Origin: Marsupella aquatica
Lineage: Eukaryota > Plantae > Marchantiophyta
Assembly (NCBI GenBank): GCA_973895155.1
Contig: OZ316891.1
Span: 30,263,112-30,327,111 of the forward strand
Direction: 5' to 3'
Length of the DNA stretch: 64,000 nucleotides
Shown here: in pieces, positions 1-9,870 of the stretch
Layout of the letters: every line of letters begins with the position of its first letter
How positions within the stretch are numbered: the first letter of the stretch is position 1
The notes under the pieces: model-generated
Database searches by the model: none
Told to the model about the DNA's origin: nothing
The model's input: only the letters and a program-made list of their open reading frames with translations
Program-made: the position numbers and the translations under genes

Positions 1-214
1 TGTTCACATTAGATCTTTTTTTGTGTAGGGACGAATAAGGAGGGGGGCATTGTAGAGCAGAGCAGCAGCAGCAGCACCGCCCCCTGCACCGCCAACCAAC
101 CCCTCCAAGGTCTGGAATGGATCTGCCCCCAATTCCCTTGCTCTATTCGTGGTTTCGCTTTGCAGGTTCAAGACGTTAACCTCCACTGCCTTTGCATGTT
201 TGTTTGGATTGTAG

Positions 215-846
215 GGAGGCAGGGCAAGGGGAAGAGAAAGGGTATCCAGGGTATCAGTGCATGAGCTCCCTACAGCTACTCCACCACCTGCCCCTACACC
301 AGCACCTGCACCAATGGGCTCCCAGGTATGCCACATTTCTATCATCAATGTTTTGCTGGTCAAACGCCTTAAGTTTTGTAATGTCAATATAGAGTTTGCA
401 ACATCTTCTGATGTTTGTTTGGATTGTATGGACTACAGAGAGAAACTACACTGGCCTTAGGACCTGTTCAAGCCTCTAAGAAGAGGAAACCGGTCTCAAA
501 ATCGCACCAGGGTCAGGCTATTAAGATAGTTCCTCTACTCGCAGTTGATCCGACTACCAATGTTGTGTTTCTGAACCCTGAAGATGATGACCTAGCAGTG
601 CAAGACAGTGTCATACAAAAGCAGAAGCGGCATAAGAGCGTGGCAAGTAGAGGGAGGGGCCGAGGAAGAGGGGGACCATCTCATGTCATGAGTCCCTTGG
701 ATGATATTCCAATAGATGATGGTTCCACTTTAGACACGTTTATGCTTTCAGAAATACTTCAGATTGACTCCCAAGTCACTTCTTCTCAGGATACTTTCAG
801 GCAGAGTATCAACCAGCTGCTGCACCCTTCCCAATTTACCAGTTGA
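215..846 (+). CDS. 3' exons of a Pro-rich, RG-repeat protein of unknown function (likely TE accessory gene, convergent with the transposase)
   Basis: A donor CAG|GTATGC at 325/326 and an acceptor TACAG| at 438 join in phase 0, giving ...PPPAPTPAPAPMGSQ|RETTLALGPVQASKKRK...RGRGRGRGG...QFTS* (stop at 846). The 5' part is outside the window or uncertain. Confidence 0.45.
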
Positions 847-1169
847 CTTCCACACCCTTCCCCATTTTCAGTGGTAGCGTCATGGGTACTTCATGAGCTC
901 CCAACAGTGGTAGTCATATAATGGGTCCTCATAACTTGTACAGACATTTCCTTCAGTACATTTTTCACCTTACAAGGTTGTGTTCATTATGAAATTATTG
1001 TCCATAATTGATTACCAATGACACCTCATGTCTGTTTGGATACAATGCATGCTAAAGCTAGGTAGTCTCGTTCAAATAGTAAGCAGGGGCCAACTCCGTT
1101 CAACCTGGTCACAAAGTGGAGTTCCTTACTATTATAACATGATCATTCCAGTCTGCTTCTGTGAAGTTT

Positions 1170-1600
1170 AGAATGCAAAAGACGACACGCATCTTGTCTT
1201 CCGCACTCACAAATGGCCAAAAAAAGAGGACACTTGGAAACTTTCGGGGCAAACCTGTAGACTCCATGATCTTGTCTTCATTCCACTTACAAATAATGTG
1301 AAAGACCGGGTGGGGGCGGACAGCCAGAAGAAGGGTACCCGGGTTCCTAATTACACACTTTGGAAAAAGGAAGACAACATGTATGCTGTCTTCCATAACT
1401 CTTACACATAATTTAAATGACCGGGTGTGGACGGCCAGATGAAGGGGGTGTGGGTTGTAGGCAGACTTGGGCAAATTTGGAGACACCATTAATTTTGCCT
1501 TCACTCACTATTACAAATAATCTGAATTGGGTTTCATTCAGACTCAAATATATGTAGGGCTAATTATGTGAACACAACATTAATAATGTCTTCACATATA
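1170..1600. repeat. Degenerate ~100-115 bp tandem repeat carrying the GAAGACA-N10-TGTCTTC dyad
   Basis: A TTACAAATAAT..GACCGGGTG-like block recurs at about 1287, 1402 and (partially) 1511. Dyads or variants start at 1178, 1370, 1479 and 1570. Confidence 0.6.
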
Positions 1601-1985
1601 GTTTTCCTTGTGTTAGACCCCCTCATGTTATGTGGCATCCTTGCAAAGGAAGAACATTAGGCACAGCAAGAAAGAACATTTGGCACAATATTAGTAAGAA
1701 GCCTCTTACATATGTCACATTAATGTTGGGTCTTCGGCCCCGGCATGCTTGGGGTTCTGGGAGGCAGCAGGGACCATGGATGAAATCCGCATAGATGGAC
1801 AATATTAATTTTTGCTTCAATTCAATGGTCACGTATGAGGCCAGGTGTGTTTGTGTCGTGAGATGATTCCTTACTGTAGAGGAGGTGTGTACATAAAAGC
1901 ATGAACTTGTATGAGTTTAACCTTTATTTGATTTATTCTTGCTTTGTCAAATTTACCCAAATACAAGTTTAAGTAAACCATTATG

Positions 1986-2030
1986 CCCTAAACCTAAACC
2001 CTAAACCTAAACCTAAACCCTAAACCCTAA
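1986..2030. repeat. Interstitial plant telomeric-type tract (CCCTAAA/CCTAAA mix)
   Basis: Read directly: ccctaaa cctaaa ccctaaa cctaaa cctaaa ccctaaa ccctaa. Further single units lie at about 2168-2250 and 2500-2525. Confidence 0.85.
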
Positions 2031-2524
2031 GTTACCTCCGACCTTTTGTATTGTATAAGGTGAGGCAAGAATAACAACCCCATAAAACTCATCCTATACC
2101 TCCATTGTTCAAATGAGGCCATTTAGTGAGTTATGCCTCTGGCCTAGAAGTAATGAAAGAAGGCCTACCCTAAACCCTCTGCCAACTCCTAGTAGCCTAT
2201 ACACCCTAAACCCTCTTTGAGGCTACTAGTAGGCTATACACCCTAAACCCTATACATTTGTTCAAAAAGTAGGGCTTCAATTACACCCAAGAATAGAATA
2301 TGTATGGATGTTTGACTTGAAGTGGGTCAAGAGATTGACAAAATTGATCCCCCTCCTACCTTTTCCTTTCCTTTTGCAAAATATGTTGTGAATAAATATG
2401 GTACCTAAAAATTGGTATAACACCCTCAGTGCTACAAAACTCCAAAGTAAGGCCTAGTTTTGTCAATTGAGCATATATATGTACCAAGTTCATTAAGGGC
2501 CCTAAACTCTAAACCCCTAACCCC

Positions 2525-2842
2525 TACTAACCTGTCCCCCAAATTACCTAATATTGCTAAGGTGCCCCCAAAACAAATTTTTTTATCAACATGTCCTCCA
2601 TTTTGTATTTGTATCAATATTAAAATGTATATGGGTTCCCATTACCATCTGGCAAGTTGTTATTGGATCGTACGTATGAGCCCATCAGGGCACCTCTTCA
2701 TCGGCCTCACTTGGTTACGGGAACCCATATATGAGTTAATATTAACCCAAATGAAAAATGGGGGACAATTAAGTTAATAATTAATTTTGTCTGAGGAACA
2801 AGTTAATAATATTGGGTAGTAGTTTAGGGGACAAGTTAGTAA
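2525..2842. repeat. Long imperfect inverted repeat (arms ~2525-2646 and 2713-2842)
   Basis: TATATGGGTTCCCATTACC (ending 2646) pairs with GGTTACGGGAACCCATATA (starting 2713). Similarity continues outward for about 120 bp (ACTAACCTGTCCCC vs GGGGACAAGTTAGT). Confidence 0.75.
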
Positions 2843-3637
2843 AAAACTCTAAGAGCATAAGCATCCAGAGTAAGTGTGACAGGTCCATTAACATCTCCAT
2901 TAACAACATAAACATCCTGATAAGTTTGTACAAACATGCTGAGTATGTATGGTGGCTACCCTGAAAAAAATGGTGATTTGAAGTCCAAAATACAGCATGC
3001 AATGAATGAAACATGTGAACACAACATGATTATTGTCTTCATTACATGCTTCCACCAAAATTGTGCCGTTGCAAGAGGGGGGCAATTTGAGTGTTTGGAT
3101 GCTCCTTGGACAGAAGAACGATGGTTACCAGGGGGGCATGGGTCAAAGTTACTTGGTTTTGTTCCCACACTGTTACACAACTTTGGGTGTATGTACATGA
3201 AGACAATATGGTTTTTGTCTTCGTACCAAAGTAGGAAAATATATGGGTTGTTGCGGCGAACACTCGATTGCAGATCCCGTTCAGGAAGGTCGAACGGTCG
3301 AGAGGTAGACCTTGGCGCAATTTGCTGCTAAACAGACCTGGGCCAATAGTAATGGAATACAATGCCATGAGGCAGCAAAGAATAGCTCAATACACATTGC
3401 ACAGAAATGGACGTCCATGCACTCAATATTGCAAATTCCAATAATTGCTTCAATTGCTGATTTCAAAATGTGTGGAGTACGTCTGCGTATGCAGTCTTCA
3501 AAATTTGCAAAACTACAATTACTAATGCTGCTAGCCTCTGCCTAGTCTGCAATGAGTTACAGTGGGAGCTCAAGGAATCCTGAATTGTACCCATCACCTC
3601 AGCCAATCGTAAGCTATACCCATTACCCCGTATGGGT

Positions 3638-4425
3638 CTAATGTTCATTGCTACAGAAAATCTCCTCACAACAGTCACATTTGAACACTTCATGGCCAGA
3701 CTCATCTATTCCAAGCAATTCAACATTGACCCTATGCCTATCGGCTAGATTAGGAGCCTTCCACTGTGCCCCCATTGCATTGAACTGACGCTGTAGCCAT
3801 GTCTCAGCTTCAGAGTGGGACTTGAAGGACTTATGATTTGCTCCACTAAAACCAGTGACCTGAGCCTCTGCCTCCTCCCAAGTGCGGTAAATCCCAGGAC
3901 TCCTGCCCTTTGCAATTGCATACCATTTCTTTGGAGAGGGCGCGCCTAGATAACAATTGTAAGGCAAAGCAATCGACAGCCTTCTAGGCGTTCTCCTCAC
4001 AAGACCTTCTACTCGCCCATACGGTCCAACTTTCACTACACCAGCCTCAGATTCCAGCTGAACATGACTGTCGCCTTTTGTTGTGGAGCCAACATCGACT
4101 TTCAATGGCCCAACATCAGGTTGCAGTCTTCCTACCCCAACCTCAGATTTGAGCTCAACATCAGCTCGCACAGTCCCTGCTCCAGAATTGTCAACTGCTT
4201 CACGCTCCCCATCTACTGGTCCCAAAGTAATATGGGACTTGGATTCAGGTGGCCGACAAACAGCCAGCCTAGATCGTCATTTCGATAGGGGAAGAAAGCA
4301 CACGCGCGTTCCAGCATACAATGGATGGCAAAGAAAATGTAACTGAGAATTGCCAAGATGGTCCATACACCAAAGCCCAATGCCCACAACAATCGAACCA
4401 AAAAGTCAGCATTTGCCTTTGCCAT
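3638..4425 (-). pseudogene. Accessory ORF: hydrophobic N-terminus plus RNase H1 N-terminal hybrid-binding (Caulimovirus viroplasmin, Cauli_VI-like) domain; split by one frameshift
   Basis: ORF 3638-4225 contains KKWYAIAKGRSPGIYRTWEEAEAQVTGFSGANHKSFKSHSEAETWL, matching the HBD consensus (YAV..GR.PG(I/V)Y.TW.EC..QV.G(F/Y).GA.YK.F....EA..F). It has no RNase H catalytic domain. The ATG-initiated ORF 4213-4425 (TM-like LLWALGFGVWTILAILSYIFFAI) overlaps it in another frame. Confidence 0.75.
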
Positions 4426-4644
4426 TGTCCCGCAGTGTGCTCAATCGACTACTCTCTGCTATCCTCTGAAGCTGCTCAATGGTCTGCTCTCTGCTCCCCT
4501 CTCCCGCTTGCACGACGTTGCAAATGGGCTACGCTGCATGCTACGTCGCGCTTAAAACAGGTTTACCTCAGGGGGGACGGTTTAAGGACGCCCTAAACCC
4601 CGCAACGGTCACCCTAATATCGCACCGTCGACATAGGATCCAAA

Positions 4645-4860
4645 AGTGCATGTGAAGACAACATGAAAAATGTCTTCAAGTAACTCGATCATGTTTTGAA
4701 CACTGAAGACAACATGAAATATGTCTTCAAGTAACTCGTTCATTTTTTGAACACTAAAGACAACATGAAAAATGTCTTCAAATAACAAGATCATTTTTTG
4801 AACACTGAAGACAACATGAAAAATGTCTTCAAAAAATGCGATCACACGAACACTGAAATG
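4645..4860. repeat. 51-bp tandem repeat (4 copies plus partial), each unit holding the dyad
   Basis: Dyads start at 4654, 4705, 4756 and 4807 (period 51). The unit core is GAAGACAACATGAAAAATGTCTTC. Confidence 0.95.
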
Positions 4861-4933
4861 CCAGTTAGCTCTATGTTAACTATTCTTGAGGGCACAACCA
4901 AAGCAGTTGTTTGTTCCATATCATGAAGTACAG

Positions 4934-7900
4934 TTAGTCAAATGAAGTGATATCTTCCTGATACTGTGATCCAAAGCCTCGGCACTCCATGGCAACCTCC
5001 TCTGCCAACTCTAAGTATCGTTGCATGTTTTCAGGGGGTCCATTGTAAGAGTGAAAAGGATCATCATGTCTTGTTGCAATTGTGCTGTCTGGACCAATGC
5101 CTGTGCTTGGTGCTGTAGAAGGAATAGAATATTCAGTTGCCACCAGGTCTTCTCCTGGAAGAGGTGACCACTGAGTATGATCTGTATGTGAACCAACATT
5201 ATCCACCTGCACAATGAAATGGTAACAAAAGCAAAGCATTACCCACCCGCACAATCAGTAATAAACTCAACAATGAACTTAGTGGTTTATTGAGGAATCC
5301 TGTACCTCTGCAATTTTGGGACAAGTCCTTCTGTTGTGTCCAGCTTCTCCACAATTGGAGCACCTACACTTGCCGGTATACTGGCACAGCTTCTTCTTAC
5401 GTGGCTGAATTTGAATCCCTGGAAGTCCAGCAGAAGTGTTTGCACCGGGAAATGGTTCCACCCTGTTGGGGTCATCAAACACTGGGTACCTCAAGAAACG
5501 TTCTCCTGAGGTGTTGTAAACCACATCTTCTCCTTCTCTAATAGCCCTGGGTCCATGCCTTGTACCTCGATGACCTTGCTGGAATCGAACCATCCTATGA
5601 CGACCCCTTTTCACAGCAACCTCTGGAGGGGCACAATTAGGACTCAACTGAAGGTCACTTACAACAAAGCTAGGCATGACCTCATCATACAAAGCAAGCA
5701 ATGAACCTGTTCGCCAACACCTGTGAAAATGTGCAGATGGGTTCCGCCCTTCCTGGTCATCCCATGCCATGATGTGCTCACATGGCCACACCATTTCTTT
5801 TAGTTCAAAACATGAGCAAGATTTCTTGGGTGCTAGGGACACAAGATACTCTTCACTGCCGGATGTTGTTTGTACTTTTGCAGTGGATTGTCCATCATCA
5901 AACACCTGCCCATGTCAATTGTTTGATTACTGAATGTCAGCAGACATTGAGATCGAGACATTGAACCTTACCACACTAGTACAAGTCAGATTTGAAAGTC
6001 AGATTTGAAATGTTTACTTGCCATTGATCAAAAGTTTTCAAGTTGTTGTTGTATCTGATGAGGGCTGGAATTGTCAATGCTTCCTGTCTAGCAAGTGTTG
6101 TTGTTCTCCTGTCTTTAAGCTTCTGCTGCATGTAAATCCAAAGTTGAACTAATAACTTGAAAGGGGCAAATTCCTGAAATGGCAATAACCCTGAATTAGC
6201 TTGCTCACAAGGGTTACTTGTAACCTTGCCCATCCGTGGAAGTGGGAAGGCCATCCGAGAATACTGTCTAACATCAAAAGTTCTGATGTAGTTTACAGCA
6301 TCATCTGACTTACTTGAATGTACGGCACTGGATGGCACTGGATAGCCGCCTCAAACAAGATTCATACCTGTTATACCGCCATAGAGGGGACACCAGACAG
6401 TTACAATAGCAGAGAGAAGATAAATAATCTTGTCTACATCTAATGTACTGAGCAAAGAGAAGACATCCATCATTATGTATGCACACTTCTGTACTAAAAA
6501 CATTGACAAGCCATCCATACAAAGGCACACAGAAGACATTCATCATTAAATGTATGCACATTTGTGTACTGAAGCATTCAGTACACACCCATATAGAGGC
6601 ACATAGAAGACATACATCATTATGTATATGTATTGTGAATCGCAGTGAAGACATTCATCATTATGTATATGTATTGTGAATCGCAGTGAAGACATTCATC
6701 GTTATGTATATATATAGTGTATTGAATGTCTTACAACAGGCAATTGAGAAATGAAAGGAAAGGTATGTAATGCTCACTGAATTATGTCGTTTGCATAAAT
6801 GCAACCAGTGAATATATTAGCCGCTGTTCTGCCATGCCTGGTCTTGACATTTGCCCTCAAGTGATTGGCACAAGCTGCATGGATCTTACCTGGCCATACT
6901 TCTCTAACTGCAGCAACCAGACCCTTCTGGCGATCTGATATGATTGGCATGATTGTGGATTCAATGCCATAGAGGGCTCTGTCAACTAGTTGAAGAAACC
7001 AAATCCAATTCTCAGTGTTCTCCACTGGAGCAACTGCATAACAAAGTATGAAATTCTGTGCATTGCCATCTAAGCATGTTGCCAAGAAGAGTTGAGTGGG
7101 GTACTTTCTGTTCTTGGTGTGACAGGCATCAAGCGAAATCAACGGCTGAACGAATTGGAGAGCTTTCCTTGTAGCCGATGGGCAAATAAAAGCTCTACAG
7201 AAAATCTTAGAGTCTTCCATAGGAGACCACTCTGCAATGCAAGCAGGGTCAGCCTCCCTCAACCTAGCAATGAGTGCCGGTATCATTCTGAACGTGTCCT
7301 CCTGTCCACCAAGGTGAATATGTTTAATATAGTCCTTAGCCCGCCACATCTGGTGGTAAGTGGTACTCTTCTTGTAGTCCCCCTGGAAGCCATTTAGTAA
7401 TTCTTTCACTGGCACTTTCAAATTTTGTGTTACTCTTGGAGCCAAGGTATCGCCCAACCAAATCGACTTCTGTGTTGGGCCTCTCCATTTGTGTTTTGAC
7501 GCTGCACAAGTGTGTTTGAGATCACACACTGTGATCATATGGGCCCCTGTTCCTGCTTGCCGATGACAACGAACTCGAAATGGGCAAGACAAAGAAGTAT
7601 CAACACCTTCTTCATCATAAGATTCAGGCAGCCTGAATCTGGACATCTCCCCACATGCTCCAGTTGCTGATTTGTTGCCTGATTTCCTGCCAAGCAACCA
7701 AACACTAGTATGCTTGATGATTGTTGTAGGTCTGCTTGTGAGGACTCCCAAGGCTGGTGGGAGTGTGGCGGTGACTCTGGGTTGCTTGCTCAGCAAATTG
7801 TTTGGATGAAGGTCTCCAAGAGGAGCACGAACTTGCTTTTGGGATCCTGTCATCTGTAGTATAGCCTTCTCAAATTCAATGTCTTCCACCTACACAATGC

Positions 7901-9422
7901 CCAAAGACACCCATTGTCAAAAATACTGAAAAGGCAACAAGGGATAGTTGCCGGAATTGGTGAAAGCTCGTGAGCACTTACCTGTTCTGCTGTGAGTATA
8001 GATTGTGCATGTGGATGTAGACTCTGAGCAAGACCCTTAGTTTTAGACTTCCCTGAACCTTTGTCACGGAAGCCAGTGTACTCCCCGTATCGACTGTCAT
8101 AGTGCCAAAAGAGCTCATCTTCAGATTCCTCTTCCTCTTCATCTTGGCGATCATGTTGGCCTTCACCTTCATCATCATCATCATCAGCAGCAACATCTTC
8201 AGCTACCAAACCACCATTGTAGTCTCCTGGAGTAGGTGGAATCCTAGAAGATTTTCTTACAGGATTGCTAAATCGACACACTCTAGTTCGAAAGCTTCCT
8301 TTACTTTTATATTTGGAAACCACATGGCCATTCATGACAGCCCATGAATCTAAGCAACGGTCAAACTGTTCAAAATCACTGAATCGCTCGCCCAAGCGAA
8401 TTCTGGCTGCCTCTGCTTCCACTGCAAGGGATGTTGTACATACAGTGTGAAGACAACATTATTAACGTCTACACATACTTCTACAGTCCACAGACACTAC
8501 ACCTTATGACTTATTTGGGGACATATCTATAAATCCATTATTGTGTAGGGACAGAAGATGAAATGAAATCAGGCTAATGCTTCCAAAGTCCAGAAACAAT
8601 AGAGGTACAATAAGTTCAATACACTCACTCAAGATAGTTCATTCAAGGAAAACGATAATCTGGACACGAAATAATTTGAAGACATAATGATTTGTGTCTA
8701 AAAATGCTTCTCCAATCCAGGTTGCTAATTTCATAACAAGTGCGGCGATGGCATTCAGGCATAGTAAACAACAAGTGCACCCCCACATTTCAGCAAACCG
8801 AATTCTCACCTTCGAAAACGATAATCTGGACACGAAATTATGTGAAGACAATGATTTCTGTCTAAAAATGCTTCTCCAATCCAGGAAGCCAATTCTTTCG
8901 CGATACAGGCAATATAGGTACTAGGCAGCAACAGAAGACCAAATCAATTGAATCCACAGTCCAGAGAAACAGTCCAGAGAAGCATTCCATGAGTTAAATA
9001 TATATTGATCCATATTGACAATTGAATGACATGGAAGACAGATCTTGATGGAAAATAACAAAAGCTTGTAGATGGGAGCCAAAGTGCATTGGAGTCATTT
9101 ATCAGGTGTTTCCTCCATCGCACCAGGGTCTATTAATTACATAACAAGTGCGCCGTGAGATGGCATTCAGGCCCAATGCCCACAACAAGTATACCCCCAC
9201 ATTTCAGCAAACCAAATTCTCACCTTGCTCAGGACTCTTCCCTTCCAGAATTGCTACCAGGTTTGAGGCGGGTCTCTTTCTCCTTCCAAAACATGGACTC
9301 TCTTGAGGTGGCGGTCTGTCAGCTTCCGGGATGTCCACATCGCATACGTCCCCTCTACGCCAGAGATGCACTTGCACTGCTTCATTATCCTCTTCATCTG
9401 CACCTGACATGTTCATTGTCAT
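4934..9422 (-). pseudogene. MuDRA-like MULE transposase, 6 exons, frameshifted by a 10-bp duplication
   Basis: Exons (minus strand): 9422-9224, 8421-7982, 7889-6778, 6367-6018, 5905-5306, 5206-4934, with GT-AG introns in compatible phases. Motifs: MuDR DBD-like LGERFSDFEQF..WAV; MULE core ISLDACH..LDGNAQ..E..ENWIWFL..IISDRQKGL..C..HL; catalytic Glu region TSNPCEQAN; SWIM CSC..WPCEH; zinc knuckle CSNCGEAGHNRRTC. Spliced length is 2974 nt, or 2964 nt (987 aa) after removing one GGCACTGGAT copy. The first and last exons are less certain. Confidence 0.92.
6455..6715. repeat. Intronic tandem repeats (~41-74 bp units) with GAAGACA-N10-TGTAT motif
   Basis: GAAGACA occurs at 6459, 6532, 6606, 6647 and 6688, and the 41-bp units between 6606 and 6710 are near identical. 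Confidence 0.85.
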
Positions 9423-9589
9423 AGGAGACTGTGATCATTGGACTTCAATATTCACTGTGCACATTTGGAGGTACTTCGCAGGTACTCCGCACTAACGCTG
9501 TCAGCCGCACATGAAAACATCGTGAAAAACCCGTGTGCACCGTGTGAAAACCAAACCTAATGACGACCCTGCGATACGGTAAAAATTTC

Positions 9590-9870
9590 AATCTGAATAC
9601 ATAATCCATATTGTATTCAAGTCGCGGCTTGGGCAGTGGCGACGGCTTTTCGTGGTTCTCCCACTTCATGTCCCCGGTTTCACGTGTTTCTCCCACTTCG
9701 TGTCCGCGGTTTCACGTGTTTCTCCTGCACGGTGTTGACTCAGCAAAAAGCCCATACAAGCAAACGTCATGACTACCCAGCCATTGGTAAAATTGCCAAT
9801 CCGAATACATAATGAATATTGTCTTCACATCGCAGTTTTGGCAGCGGCGGCTTTTCGCGGTTTGTCCCGG
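9590..9870. promoter_or_regulatory. CpG-rich subterminal region upstream of the transposase, with duplicated dyad-bearing blocks
   Basis: GAATACA-N10-TGTATTC at 9595 and GAATACA-N10-TGTCTTC at 9803 sit in similar flanks. There is a ~32-bp tandem duplication at about 9657-9725. The region lies between the transposase ATG and the terminus. Confidence 0.5.

Noticed and set aside
1109-1504. 131-aa minus-strand ORF
   Set aside because: It overlies the degenerate dyad-bearing tandem repeat, starts at GTG and has no recognisable domain.
4645-4860. Palindromic repeats resembling a CRISPR array; ORF 4609-4845
   Set aside because: The spacers are near-identical rather than unique, there are no cas genes and the context is eukaryotic. 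The ORF is just the 17-codon translation of the 51-bp unit.
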